Shown here: positions 13,171-26,885 of the stretch, piece by piece
How the letters are laid out: the number at the start of each line of letters is the position of its first letter
Position numbering within the stretch: position 1 is the stretch's first letter
Assembly (NCBI RefSeq): GCF_964355755.1
Contig: NC_092673.1
Location: 35,957,648 to 36,021,647 of the forward strand
DNA length: 64,000 nt
Reading direction: 5' to 3'
From: Antedon mediterranea
Lineage: Eukaryota > Animalia > Echinodermata
Translations under genes and position numbers: made by a program
The notes under the pieces: generated by a model
The model's database searches: none
Told to the model about the DNA's origin: nothing
Seen by the model: the letters and a program-made list of their open reading frames with translations, nothing else

Positions 13171-13411
13171 AGCTCTGTCTACACTATCAAACTTTATGTG
13201 ACAATGTGATGTGCCCATATACTGTATGTATGGGCATGATAATGGCATATCACTACTATATTTGGCATATCACTACCATATTTGTGCATATCACTACTAG
13301 TACCATATTTGTGCATATCACTACCATATTTGTGAATATCACTACCATATTTTTGCATATCACTTTTTTTTTTGTCAAAACTATAGTTTGTTTGATAGTA
13401 TAGACAGAGCT
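13171..13411. mobile_element. Harbinger/Tourist-like MITE family C (representative of about 12 copies)
   Basis: TIR AGCTCTGTCTACACTATCAAAC, TTA/TAA TSD, internal ATATCACTACCATATTTG repeats. Other copies near 17644, 19351, 22861, 25328, 32305, 34252, 35295, 35862, 41522, 42760 and 57055. Confidence 0.85.
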
Positions 13412-13997
13412 TTAGATTAGATAATTATTGTTAAATTGCATGTCAATCATTATACAGTTCAATGAACACAATGTCACTGTCTTTGACAATCGCATGATGT
13501 ATGATTCGATATCTGCTGCTATTTTTGTTCTGTATTTATCAGTGAAAAGTCATTAAGTTGTATTATGACACTGTACTTTAAACCTGTTAATGTGTTTGGT
13601 GGGTTTCATAACTAGAGACACTGTATTTCCCATGTTACATAACATCCAGACAGTATGGTGCTCCTAGTGTATTTTGCAATACTAAATATTATACTTATAA
13701 AGAAATAAATAAACCAATTGTTACATATTATGTATCTATTCAACTTCAGAATTTAACAGCTAGGTCCCATTTTTGGCAATTTATTTATTTATTTATTCAA
13801 CTTTGTTTTACAAGGATAGTACAGTACTACAGCTGTACTACAGCAGTACAGCTGACTTGAAGAGGCCCTCTTTAAAACAATACAAAAATATACAAACAAC
13901 ATTCAAACAAGATACAATAGGAATCATACAGATACAGATACAAAATTTTAAAATTCATACATGTACACAAACAAAATTACATGTTACATGTGTAAAA

Positions 13998-16096
13998 ATC
14001 CCACCATGATAAGACAATGTCTGATCCCACCATGATAAGACAATGTCTGATCCCACCATGATAAGACAATGTCTGATCCCACCATGATAAGACAATGTCT
14101 GATCCCACCATGATAAGACAATGTCTGATCCCACCATGATAAGACAATGTCTGATCCCACCATGATAAGACAATGTCTGATCCCACCATGATAAGACAAT
14201 GTCTGATCCCACCATGATAAGACAATGTCTGATCCCACCATGATAAGACAATGTCTGATCCCACCATGATAAGACAATGTCTAATCCCACCATGATAAGA
14301 AAATGTCTGATCCCACCATGATAAGACAATGTCTGATCCCACCATGATAAGACAATGTCTGATCCCACCATGATAAGACAATGTATGATCCCACCATGAT
14401 AAGACAATGTCTGATCCCACCATGATAAGACAATGTCTGATCCCACCATGATAAGACAATGTCTGATCCCACCATGATAAGACAATGTCTGATCCCACCA
14501 TAAGACAATGTCTGATCCCACCATGATAAGACAATGTCTGATCCCACCATGATAAGACAATGTCTGATCCCACCATGATAAGACAATGTCTGATCCCACC
14601 ATGATAAGACAATGTCTAATCCCACCATGATAAGAAAATGTCTGATCCCACCATGATAAGACAATGTCTGATCCCACCATGATAAGACAATGTCTGATCC
14701 CACCATGATAAGACAATGTATGATCCCACCATGATAAGACAATGTCTAATCCCACCATGATAAGACAATGTCTGATACCATGATAAGACAATGTCTGATC
14801 CCACCATGATAAGACAATGTCTGATCCCACCATGATAAGACAATGTCTGATCCCACCATGATAAGACAATGTCTGATCCCACCATGATAAGACAATGTAT
14901 GATCCCACCATGATAAGACAATGTCTAATCCCACCATGATAAGACAATGTCTGATACCATGATAAGACAATGTCTGATCCCACCATGATAAGACAATGTC
15001 TGATCCCACCATGATAAGACAATGTCTGATCCCACCATGATAAGACAATGTCTGATCCCACCATGATAAGACAATGTCTGATCCCACCATGATAAGACAA
15101 TGTCTGATCCCACCATGATAAGACAATGTCTGATCCCACCATGATAAGACAATGTCTGATCCCACCATGATAAGACAATGTCTGATCCCACCATGATAAG
15201 ACAATGTCTGATCCCACCATGATAAGACAATGTCTGATCCCACCATGATAAGACAATGTCTGATCCCACCATGATAAGACAATGTCTGATCCCACCATGA
15301 TAAGACAATGTCTGATCCCACCATGATAAGACAATGTCTGATCCCACCATGATAAGACAATGTCTGATCCCACCATGATAAGACAATGTCTGATCCCACC
15401 ATGATAAGACAATGTCTGATCCCACCATGATAAGACAATGTCTGATCCCACCATGATAAGACAATGTCTGATCCCACCATGATAAGACAATGTCTGATCC
15501 CACCATGATAAGACAATGTCTGATCCCACCATGATAAGACAATGTCTGATCCCACCATGATAAGACAATGTCTGATCCCACCATGATAAGACAATGTCTG
15601 ATCCCACCATGATAAGAAAATGTCTGATCCCACCATGATAAGACAATGTCTGATCCCACCATGATAAGACAATGTATGATCCCACCATGATAAGACAATG
15701 TCTGATCCCACCATGATAAGACAATGTCTGATCCCACCATGATAAGACAATGTCTGATCCCACCATGATAAGACAATGTCTGATCCCACCATGATAAGAC
15801 AATGTCTGATCCCACCATGATAAGACAATGTCTGATCCCACCATGATAAGACAATGTCTGATCCCACCATGATAAGACAATGTCTAATCCCACCATGATA
15901 AGAAAATGTCTGATCCCACCATGATAAGACAATGTCTGATCCCACCATGATAAGACAATGTCTGATCCCACCATGATAAGACAATGTCTGATCCCACCAT
16001 GATAAGACAATGTCTGATCCCACCATGATAAGACAATGTCTGATCCCACCATGATAAGACAATGTCTGATCCCACCATGATAAGACAATGTCTGAT
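13998..16096. repeat. 26-bp satellite, about 80 copies, in CREBRF intron
   Basis: Unit ATCCCACCATGATAAGACAATGTCTG. Confidence 0.97.
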
Positions 16097-16184
16097 CTGA
16101 TAAAAATAACATAACAAATGAAACTATTCTGAAACAATTTTTAGATTTGATAACATGATTCATATCTTGCCAAATTAGTATGTA

Positions 16185-16494
16185 CTGTATTATCCCCCAA
16201 AAACATCAAAATTGGAGATTAATCAAATCAGACTTTGAATAGGCCATTTTTTTTTGTAGTTAATCACTTCCGTAGAAAAAGAACCCCAAAAATAATGTTT
16301 TCAGTTAAAAAATGACAACATAAATGGTTACATTCAACCAAACACCATTGTCTGACAGACAATTTAAGTATTTTTTGGCGTTAAATTGTTATCATGTACC
16401 GTAAATTTTTTTTGGTCAAAGTGAATATCTATTATGTGACATTAAAATGGCATTTAAAAAAAAAGACATTTTTAGGAAGACAATATATTTTTAA
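16185..16494 (+). mobile_element. Kolobok-like MITE family B, degenerate copy
   Basis: TGTATTATCCCCCAAAA...GAAGACAATATATTTTTAA; homologous to 23435-23768. Confidence 0.55.
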
Positions 16495-16578
16495 TGAGGA
16501 AATAATCAGTAGAATTGACATATTTTTAGGTTGTTGTTAATGTTTACATAATTATTCTTACTTCTTCCATAGCCGGTA

Positions 16579-19500
16579 ATGGATTTGTACTCATATAGTG
16601 ATCTGGTGTCTGGGGTGTCGTGTGTACCAAACCAAGAACAATCTCTTCAGTCTTCAAACTGTATATATTTGCCTGCTAGTCCGCCTTCTATGTTCCCTTG
16701 TGACCTAGAGGAGCCTCACAGCGTATCGTTTGGTAAACCCATCCCTTCAGGAAGTAAACAAGCAAATAAAACCCGTCACAGGCCACCCAGCATTATGGCT
16801 ACCAGTCCAAGTGGAGAGGGTCTCAATGATAGATTCTTTAATGATTTGTCCATCTGCAGCGGGTCGTTGGATGAGAGTGTTTGCGGCAGTTTCACCGACA
16901 GTTTGTGCGGAAGTTTTAACGAAAGTTTATGCAGTTTTAAAGATGGAAGAGAATCTCCTTGGGGTTCTTACGAAAGTGATTTTTACGGTCTTGATGACAT
17001 GAGCAGTCCTCTGCAACATCAGGTGGATGATTTTGCACACGACCCGACCCTCGCAGAATTAAACATGGAGGATTCACAAGGGTTTGATTTATCGCATCAA
17101 TCATCATTTTCACAAGCTAATAAGCAAAGTTCTGTTAGTATCCCAGTATTGTCCAAAGTCCTATCTCAACAAACCCTCCAATCAAACATGCAATCTTACT
17201 CTTGGCCTCAGGGACCCTCTAGGCATGTCTTCAATACAACATTTACAAACACTGCAATAGATGATGACCTCAAAAGTCATGACACATCTTCTACAAGTCT
17301 CCCTTCTGTAAGAAGCAAATCAGAGAAAAAAGACAGTTCTTTAGTTCTTGCAAAAAACAGCCTGCCAGTAAAATATCCCAATGACGTACATTCTGTAAGA
17401 GCAAAAAGCCCAATTGAGTATACCAATTTATTTATGATACGTTCTTCAAAAAATCATAGCAATTTTGGAAAGACAATAAAAGGAGAAAAAAGGAAAATAA
17501 GTGAAGTGACTGGAAGGAAAGATGAACCAAGGAAGTCAAAAGAAAGAATGTCACCTAGTCTACGGAAAGCAGCGTCTAGTCAAATGCAACTCATTGAGGT
17601 TAGTTTGGTATGACATTGTTAATGTTATAATAGTATTATAGTATCTACACTACCAAACTTTATGTGACAACAAATGTGATGTGCCCATATATGGACATGA
17701 TAATGTCATACTGTATCACTACCATATTTAAGCATATCACTACCATATTTGGTTAGTTAATTAGGGACTACTTTTTTTTATACCTTTGTATACATGCACG
17801 ATTCCTTTACAGTATCTTGATATTAATAACTGCTCTTCTCTATATAAAATTGGCATTTTGTAAATGTGATACTTAATATTTTAAGTTCAAATGCAGTATA
17901 AAAATGACAATAACAAATTATTGATCTGCCAAAAATCCCAGAAGACTCTGTTCGGAATGTGGTATTGATGTTGATATACCACATTTAAAAATACAAGTCA
18001 AAAGATCAGCTTCAGCAAATAATAAATCCATCTATAATTCAATCAATCATTGAAATGTCAAAGTGGTTAAGAACAAAATATTAATTATCTTGAATGATCA
18101 ATTTCCTGTAACTAGATTAAATTTCTGCTGAATATTGCAGGTGACGTTGGCACCTGGATGGTAGTTGCTGAAATGGCATATAATGATAAATTTTATGATT
18201 TATATAGTTAGTTTAATCTCTTTTCAAGTTAATTTAATCATTTTCATTTTATTTCAAAACCCAAACCAACAGCAAAAAAGAATTCGCCAATAACAGGCGG
18301 GTTAACACATAAATTGATTTCAATATCAATTAATTATTTAATTTTTTTTTTTAAACCTACTAAATGTTTACAGGAGGAGGAAGAAGAAGATGATGAAGAT
18401 GATCTTGATTCTCACGATGAGGGATTAGGGAGCGAGAGAGAAGATCATGATGTAAGTGATGATGAGATGGCAGATGATGCAAGCGATATATCTGATCTAG
18501 GTGAGTTTTATTGTAAACACACATGTACTGTCCAAACCATGTCAGCAAATTGGTGTGGACAAGTGGGTAGTTAGAGGTCTTGATTCTATAGTATATCTGA
18601 TCTAGGTGAGTTTTATTGTAAACACACATGTACTGTCCAAACCATGTCAGCAAATTGGTGTGGACAAGTGGGTAGTTAGAGGTCTTGATTCTATAGTATA
18701 TCTGATCTAGGTGAGTTTTATTGTATACACACATGTACTGTCCAAACCATGTCATAGCAAATTGGTGCATGATATGGACAAGTAGAAAGTAGGAAACTTG
18801 ATTCTATCAGTTGTTGTTGAATTTCTTTGTCCAAACCTTGCAAAGTAGATGTATGTATAGGGTAGCTGGTCTTAATTCTATAATTTTAATGAGAAGAGGT
18901 TTTAAAAAAATGGACTTTATTATCTTTTGGGATTAAAGCTATTCAATTTTGACAGTTTAACAAGGTTCAATTGCATTCTATAGTTTTGTTGTTAGATTGT
19001 ATTGACTAGTGACTTTGTGAAGTTACAAAGTCACATGGTGCTGTGCAGACTCACAACAGCTGTGCTGTGCCTTTGTATTTAAAATATATATATTTTTTTT
19101 AAATTCAGGAATTTCCAGTATCATTGGCCCAACTCCAAAAGCTCTTCGATCACGCCGAGGTGACTATGATGATTGGACGCCAAACCCAAAGCGTTTACTA
19201 CAGATTGGTAAAGAACTTTGCAAACTGAATAAAGTGATAGCTGATATGTTGCCACTGCACAGACTACCACCAAATTCACGAACAAAATCAAGAAAAGAAA
19301 AGAACAAGCTTGCTTCAAGGTAGGAAATTGTTGATATTCATAATCACTAAGGCCTTGTCTACACTATCAAACTTTATGTGACAAAGAATATGATGTGCCT
19401 GTATATGGACATGATGATGTCATATCACTACCATATTTGGGCATATCACTACCATATTTGGGCACATCACACTTTTTTTGTCAAACTAGTTTGATAGTGT

Positions 19501-22500
19501 AGACAGAGCTTAAGTATAGTCATTATAATTTAACAAAAGTTTCTATTGTATACAGTTAAGCAAAGTAAGCCAAATAAGAATACTTTAAAGACCCCTTCCC
19601 TACGTTTATTAGATCTAATTTAAGATCACAAACTATATTTAATGTAAAAATAATACTATATGGTCCTATTGCGATAACTTTTTTCGTCTTTAAACGGTTA
19701 AAAATGTGAAAAATAAGTCGATTCTAATAATTATAGCGGCCCGCTATAAATCCCAAATGCATTGCGCGCGGATTGATATTTTTGTTTTTCACCTGTAATT
19801 CGCCCACTTTTCGATCGATCGCGTGAGGCCAAAACAAATGGAAGACTCCTAACTTTTCAGCGAAAATACCGGGTTTTTCCCAATTTGTATCAACGGAGTC
19901 TGGCAAAAATAGAAAGACAATTAATGCAGCAACTATACAACGTCAGGCTAGGTATATAGCTAGCGTACGATGTTTGTACGTTACCGATGTTTACCAGCTA
20001 GGCCTACAAAACTAAGCCTAGCTAGGCTAGGCCTAAGACCTCGCGAGAGGTCGATCGCCGCGAGCTACTTAGGTAGTGCATTGTTTCTCACTTTTTATCA
20101 TAATTTACCATAAAACGTACTTTAAGACAAGGAATGACATGGTTTAATGTTTTTAAAGTGATATAATGTATTATTTTCCAAAAAACGTCCAAATTTGCAG
20201 GGAAGGGGTCTTTAATATTATTGTAAATTATTGTTGTTTTTGTTGAGATGTTTTTATGTAATAAGAATATGATAGAAATAAAACTTGTACCGAATATATG
20301 CTGTATAATTAAAGACTTAAATTCAACCAAAATTGAAATTCACTAAAGCGCTTCATATTACCACAGAGAAATAAGTTTTCTCTATAAGTATTGTATACAA
20401 TGTATGTACGTATATCAAATATAATTAAACATTAATAATAATTAATATTTTTATATTCATGTTGTTTTGTGCGAGTAATGAATTTGTGAAATATAAGACA
20501 ATTTGTAGGAGAAATTCAATTTATGTTGATTGATTTGGTTAATAATGCATAGAGTACTCGCTTACAATTCCAAGAATTAGTTGAGTGTCTTTCTCTTGGG
20601 TTTTATTACTTACCTGTCAATCATTCTACCTCATTAATATTCATAATTTCAATCAATCCTCCTTTTCTGCATAATTTCTAATATGATCAACTCAAGGATA
20701 AGCATTTGATGTATCATACACTCTCTACATGATGGCCATTGCTTCTGTGTTATTGAAATAGAAATATTCTATTATCCTATATCTTAGTATTATCCTATCA
20801 TCCTATATCTTAGTATTATCCTATATCTTAGTATTATCCTATTATTATGTAAATAAGTTTGCATGCATGTAAATGTACCTGGAAATTAATCAATGCCACA
20901 CCAACACAAATTAATCAATGCCTGCCACACCAACACAAATTTGAATCCAGAATCCTACCATTAGACAACTGGGTCTTGCATGGTATGGTTCAACTGGGTC
21001 TTGCATGGTATGGTTCAACTGGGTCTTGCATGGTATGGTTCAACTGGGTCTTGCATGGTATGGTTCAACTGGGTCTTGCATGGTATGGTTCAACTGGGTC
21101 TTGCATGGTATGGTTCAACTGGGTCTTGCATGGTATGGTTCAACTGGGTCTTGCATGGTATGGTTCAACTGGGTCTTGCATGGTATGGTTCAACTGGGTC
21201 TTGCATGGTTCAAGTCCATATTGGATAGCGACTCTTTATTTCAAATTTGTTTATTTATGTGCAATTGTTTAGACTCTACATGGTTAGAGTTGCATCTTAT
21301 CTTATCTTGTTTTATTTTAACTTTAATGCACGCAATACTGGTTATATATTTCAAAGCAGTGTCGTAACGCAGGGGGAAAGGCCCCTCCTGGTTTAGAAAA
21401 CTCTAAAAGGCCCTTCAATGCTGGGAGTTGCATTGGGGCTCCTCATGCTACTGGGGCCCTTTGTTTACCATGCAGTGAACGGTAATAGCCAATACGCCAC
21501 TGATTCAAAGGGAATAAGCTAATAATAGGCTCATGTTATGTATATTTATAGATTAATTGATTACAAAATAATCTACCATTATAGTCAACTGTTTCCCAAT
21601 ACCGAACAGCTGTGGCTGGCCAAACATGTCTAATTTTCCGGAAAGTAGTACTAGTAGTTGTAGTAAAAATAGTATACTGCTTTTGAAATCAACTACACTA
21701 TTGTATGAAGGCATTTATTAATTATTTTCATTAATATTTTACAACTGAAACATGAATAGGAACAAAAGAAACGTAGAATTTTAAATTAGCAGATGCTATG
21801 TCTGATGAACTAATTAAGTGTTATACAATATTTCATTGTCTTCTCATTTTCCAGAGCATGCCGACTAAAGAAGAAAGCACAGCATGAAGCAAATAAGGTC
21901 AAGCTACATGGCCTAGAAAAGGAACATGGTAAGTAACACTGCATTGTGGGATACATCCACTTTAATAAGGTCAAGCTACATGGCCTAGAAAAGGAACATG
22001 GTAAGTAACACTGCATTGTGGGATACATCCACTTTAATAAGGTCAAGCTACATGGCCTAGAAAAGGAACATGGTAAGTAACACTACATTGTGGGATACAT
22101 CCACTTTAATAAGGTCAAGCTACTAGAAAAGGAACATGGTAAGTAACACTACATTGTGGGATACATCCACTTTAATAAGGTCAAGCTACATGGCCTAGAA
22201 AAGGAACATGGTAAGTAACACTACATTGTGGGATACATCCACTTTAATAAGGTCAAGCATGGCCTAGAAAAGGAACATGGTAAGTAACACTACATTGTGG
22301 GATACATCCACTTTAATAAGGTCAAGCTACATGGCCTAGAAAAGGAACATAGTAAGTAACACTACATTGTGGGATACATCCACTTTAATAAGGTCAAGCT
22401 ACTAGAAAAGGAACATGGTAAGTAACACTACATTGTGGGATACATCCACTTTAATAAGGTCAAGCTACATGGCCTAGAAAAGGAACATGGTAAGTAACAC

Positions 22501-23978
22501 TACATTGTGGGATACATCCACTTTAATAAGGTCAAGCTACATGGCCTAGAAAAGGAACATGGTAAGTAACACTACATTGTGGGATACATCCACTTTAATA
22601 AGGTCAAGCTACATGGCCTAGAAAAGGAACATGGTAAGTAACACTACATTGTGGGATGCATCCACTTTTAACTAACTTTAACCATGTGGTATAACAATGA
22701 CAGCATACCATTGGCATTAACAACCTGTCTAAGTCACTTGCTCAAATCAGGTTGTTCAGGTGCTTGCATATTGTCTTCAAAGTTCTTCCTTAACATGTAT
22801 AGTATTCATATTAGTCTGGTTGTAGTCACTGTGGATGAAAGTAAGATTTTGATATATTTAAGCTCTGTCTACACTATCAAACTCGTTTTGACAAAAAAGT
22901 GTGATGTGGTCAAAAATGGTAGTGAAATCCCCAAATATGGTAGGTAGTGATGTGACATCGTCATGTCCATTTATGGCCACATTACATTTTTTTGTAGACA
23001 GAACTTTAGTTATATTGTTGTTTTTTTATTAGTGTTGTTTGCAGCTTATCTTCAAAGCCAATCAGTATAACATGTTTGTTACACCTCTACTGATATCTAT
23101 TCTGAGAATGTTCTTACTAACAAGTATTAGTACATTTATCTTTTACTTCATAGAAAGCTTGTCATATGTGTTATCACAAATCAAGAAAGAAGTGGCATTG
23201 AGGACTAAACAGCAAGGATCTCATTATCCATTCTCTTTGTCTAAAATGTTGGAACAACTCACAAATGAAAACTTAGGTATGATTCATTATTATCTTTTGC
23301 TTGTTGTTTTTTAAAGATCTCATGAAATATTCCAACCATAATTAAATTTAAATGAGTAAACAAACTCTTTGTCATAGCTTTGATAAATAGACAATGCTTG
23401 AGCCCAAGAAGGCGATATATTGCTATGATGTGGTTTAAAGATGTATTGTCCCCCAAAAGCATGAAAGATGAAGATTAATAAAATCAGACTTTGATTAGGC
23501 CATTATGTAGTTTCAACAAACTTAATCACTTCCGTAGAAAAAAAAACCTGAAAAAATCATATTTTCACTAATAACATGACAAAAATAAACTGTTAAATTC
23601 AACCAGAATCCCATTTGCTGCCAGCCAATTTGACCATATTTTGTAAATTACAGTTTTTTCCAGGTAAAATATTTGTTTTTTTTTTATTCAATTTTTGGTA
23701 AAAGTAAATAACTATTATGTGACATTAAAATTGAAATTATTTTTTCAGGGGGAACAATTCACCTTTAAGTAATGCACGACTGTATACACTAAACAAGTAT
23801 CATACTGGCTTATAAATATTAATGAGTACAGTTTATTTGTATACTATTTAATAATAATATCTTTTAATTTGCAGCCACAAACATTGCCGGACACACAACA
23901 GAATTTGTTAACACTGTCCTTGACAAAACGGCCAATGGACATCCAACCGGTGGATTGGATGTGGAACTACCTGAATAA
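16579..23978 (+). CDS. CREBRF: CREB3 regulatory factor (REPTOR-like bZIP protein)
   Basis: Exons 16579-17598, 18374-18500, 19109-19319, 21855-21928, 23154-23276, 23875-23978. Motifs: DPTLAELN, acidic [86 protein letters not shown]. Confidence 0.93.
18487..18755. repeat. 105-bp tandem repeat (about 2.6 copies) spanning a CREBRF splice donor
   Basis: TATATCTGATCTAG|GTGAGT recurs at 18487, 18592 and 18697. Confidence 0.9.
19351..19510. mobile_element. MITE family C copy
   Basis: TAA TSD and TGTCTACACTATCAAAC TIR. Confidence 0.85.
19585..20215 (-). mobile_element. Kolobok-like family A, copy 3 (inverted)
   Basis: Perfect TIR AGACCCCTTCCCT/AGGGAAGGGGTCT with TTAA TSD. Confidence 0.85.
20966..21213. 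repeat. 25-bp tandem repeat, about 10 copies
   Basis: Unit CAACTGGGTCTTGCATGGTATGGTT. Confidence 0.95.
21357..21502. mobile_element. Small hAT-like MITE
   Basis: CAGTGTCGTA...TACGCCACTG termini; flanks TTTCAAAG/ATTCAAAG (7/8 match, 8-bp TSD). Confidence 0.65.
21892..22669. repeat. 72-bp tandem repeat (about 11 copies) made of a CREBRF exon end plus donor
   Basis: Unit AATAAGGTCAAGCTACATGGCCTAGAAAAGGAACATG|GTAAGTAACACTACATTGTGGGATACATCCACTTT. Confidence 0.95.
22861..23006. mobile_element. MITE family C copy
   Basis: AGCTCTGTCTACACTATCAAAC...TGTAGACAGAACT. Confidence 0.75.
23435..23768 (+). mobile_element. Kolobok-like MITE family B
   Basis: TTAA|AGATGTATTGTCCCCC...GGGGGAACAATTCACCT|TTAA. 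Confidence 0.7.
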
Positions 23979-24490
23979 ATAGAACATATTTCTCTGTGTA
24001 AAAAAGCCGATTTACGCACATTACATAATGGAACTATTTATTTTCTATTTAATAATAAAAAAATAGAAATGGATTAGTGAAAGAGTTTCAACCACAACCT
24101 ATAGCATGGTCTCCATATTATATAAAGACTTTATTTGGAGGAAATTATAAAAATTTAAAAACAGAAAAATCAAATTTCACTAAATTGTTTTTGTCGAAAC
24201 TGACGAGATTAGTTCAATAGAGCTTGCATATTTGAACAACATCGAGTATTTATTATACATTGTTCTCATTGTATATAATGCTGTACATTATCAATTATTA
24301 AGTCTCCATGGCTGTACTGGTATAACATCTGAAAATCATAATCTAACTACTGTATATCTGGCATACTGTACTTTTAATGCGTTGTGTTGCAATAATTGTG
24401 TGGATAAATAATGAACTATCTTTTAGTACATGTTACTGTATGTTCAGTTTAAAGGTATTACTTGGATATATCACTATGTGACCAAGCTTT

Positions 24491-24646
24491 AAGCTTGGTT
24501 CCCTCTAGGATGCAACGCAAAGATGTAAAGCAACATAAATGATTTGACCAATCACAAGCAATGGATTATTCAAACAGTGGCTCATTGGTCAACTCACTTG
24601 CGTTGCATGTATGTCCTTGTATAACGTCTCTAGTGGGAACCATGCT
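24491..24646. mobile_element. Harbinger-like MITE related to 4341-4547, downstream of the CREBRF stop
   Basis: AAGCTTGGTTCCCTCTAG...CTAGTGGGAACCATGCTT. Confidence 0.6.
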
Positions 24647-25327
24647 TTATTATTAGCCTATTCATTTAATCATTCTAAGTAAAGTTAGCTTTACCGCAAA
24701 CTTATAGTGTTTATTAACAATTCTGCGTGAAAGCCAGTGTAATTATCATCAATAAATGTTTGCTCTGTAGGAAGTGTGCTGGAAATGATAAACACACATG
24801 CCAACACCTTGGTTTTATTATTATGTTGTATCAACAACAGTAGATTTAGTAATTGCTTATTAATATCAAACTATGTTTATAGTGTTGAGGAAGCAAATGG
24901 GATTGAATTAAAATAGTGGTAGTATTTATATTCTCATGATTTCCTGCATATAAATGCAATATGATAAATATTTAACTCATTATTTACTGTGAATTTAAAG
25001 GGAATGTTTGGAGTTGCTGACAATGTTAATGGGATAGTTAATGCATATTACACATATACACATTTCCATTACTTACATTGAACAAAATAAATGAACCATC
25101 ACAATTACTATATTCATTGCTATAATTTATTATCATCATTTAATCACTGTGTAAATTAAATGGTGCAATCATAAATTGTACCTTGTACACTAGCAGCAAC
25201 TCAACTTAATTTAAAAACTTAAACCATTATTAATGTGGGTCCTATTTAATCTACCATGTTATTTCACTTCAATAATTTGTCATGTTCTTTACTTTAATTA
25301 TTTATTTTATTTATTAAAGATTAGTAA

Positions 25328-25470
25328 AGCTCTGTCTACACCATCAAACTTTATGTGACAAAAAAATGTGATGTGCCCAAATCATGGACATGATGATGTC
25401 ATATTATTACCATATGGGCACATCATACTTTTTTGTAATACTGTACTAGCTTGATAGTGTAGACAGAGCT
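25328..25470. mobile_element. MITE family C copy
   Basis: TAA TSD and AGCTCTGTCTACAC TIR. Confidence 0.85.
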
Positions 25471-26885
25471 TAAGAATCTTTTTACTCAGGATTTTTATTG
25501 TAAAAGGTGGTAACATTCTTAAACATTTGTATTACCTATTATTTATTTTTATTATCTATTCAGTAATCGTAATCTTACGAGTTGTTATAGAAATTGAAAA
25601 ATTAATTTTCTTTGCGATATTGATGAGATAGGTATAATGTGTGTGTTCACCAAAAGTAAAAATAAACTTTAAAATATGTAAATAAGATTAATATTATTGA
25701 AGGTAATTGGTCATTGGCAAGCGTGTTGCCATGGCAATAAATCATACACTGTATATACTTAGTAAAAATATAGATAATATAGTAAATGAAGATCCGTGGT
25801 TTATTTTTCTGTATTTATCTGTAAAATTTATGAATGCATTTTTAAAAGGTTTGAGCATTTGTTTTAGTAGGTGTTGTGCAACCTATCCCTGGCATAGGTC
25901 ATAGTTCAGATTAAAGAAAGGTGGTGTAAATAATATTTTTATACACTGGTTGCAGTGTATTTGAGATAATGAAGAAGAAAGGCTTTTAATTTGAAATGTG
26001 CTATTTTCTTGAATAAATATATTTGAAAAGCTTCTCTTTGTATTTTTTGATGTTTTTTTCACATTGTAAAGCAGTAAACATTGTACTAAAAACAGAGCTC
26101 AAGTTCTTTGGACCAAACAGGTACTACAATTTAAAGATTTAAATTCATAAATGAAGTTAAATGTTTACTTTTACAATTAGCCCTTGTTTACTTTATTTAT
26201 TTTATACAGTTTCTTTCTTGAATTATTGTTGTTAGATCAAAATTTATGCATTTTTTGTGAAAGCTGTGAATAAAGTTGAAAGTTAGTTATGAAAATATAG
26301 AAGATTATTTAACTTGACTCACATTAAAAATCAATACACTTAGTAGATGCTTTGAACTTGAGACTATGCTATCTAGATAACTGACAAAGAATATAATTAT
26401 CCAAGCTGACGTACATTTGCTTGCATCATGAGGGAGATAAAACCCTGATGTTGTTCATTTTATCATATTTGACACTTGAGCTCAAATAGAATAAACCAGC
26501 AAGATAGTGTTGCCATGGTAGTTATATAAAAGTAATTGTAGTGATCATATTATTTAACAATCTTTAGTATCCAGGTTTTTATCTTTTGACATTGTCCCTA
26601 TTGGACATACAGTAAATGATTTACCCATACTAACTACTTCCCACAACGCGATTAAAAAATACCTCACTTTTGATTTTGAAACAGCCACGTCAGCACGTAA
26701 CACAAAAGCTCTGCAATACCAGATTTATAAAGGTACATTTTAACACTAATTTTTGTACAATAGGAATTAATGAACACAATATTATAACAATTACTGATAA
26801 TCACAATCCAGTAGAAAAGATTAGTATCAGCATTAAAAATATAATCACCAAATAAAAAAAAAAATTATATTTTACTAATTACAGG

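Noticed and set aside
13955-16163. Long minus-strand ORFs (641, 463, 412 aa)
   Set aside because: They are translations of a stop-free 26-bp satellite inside a CREBRF intron.
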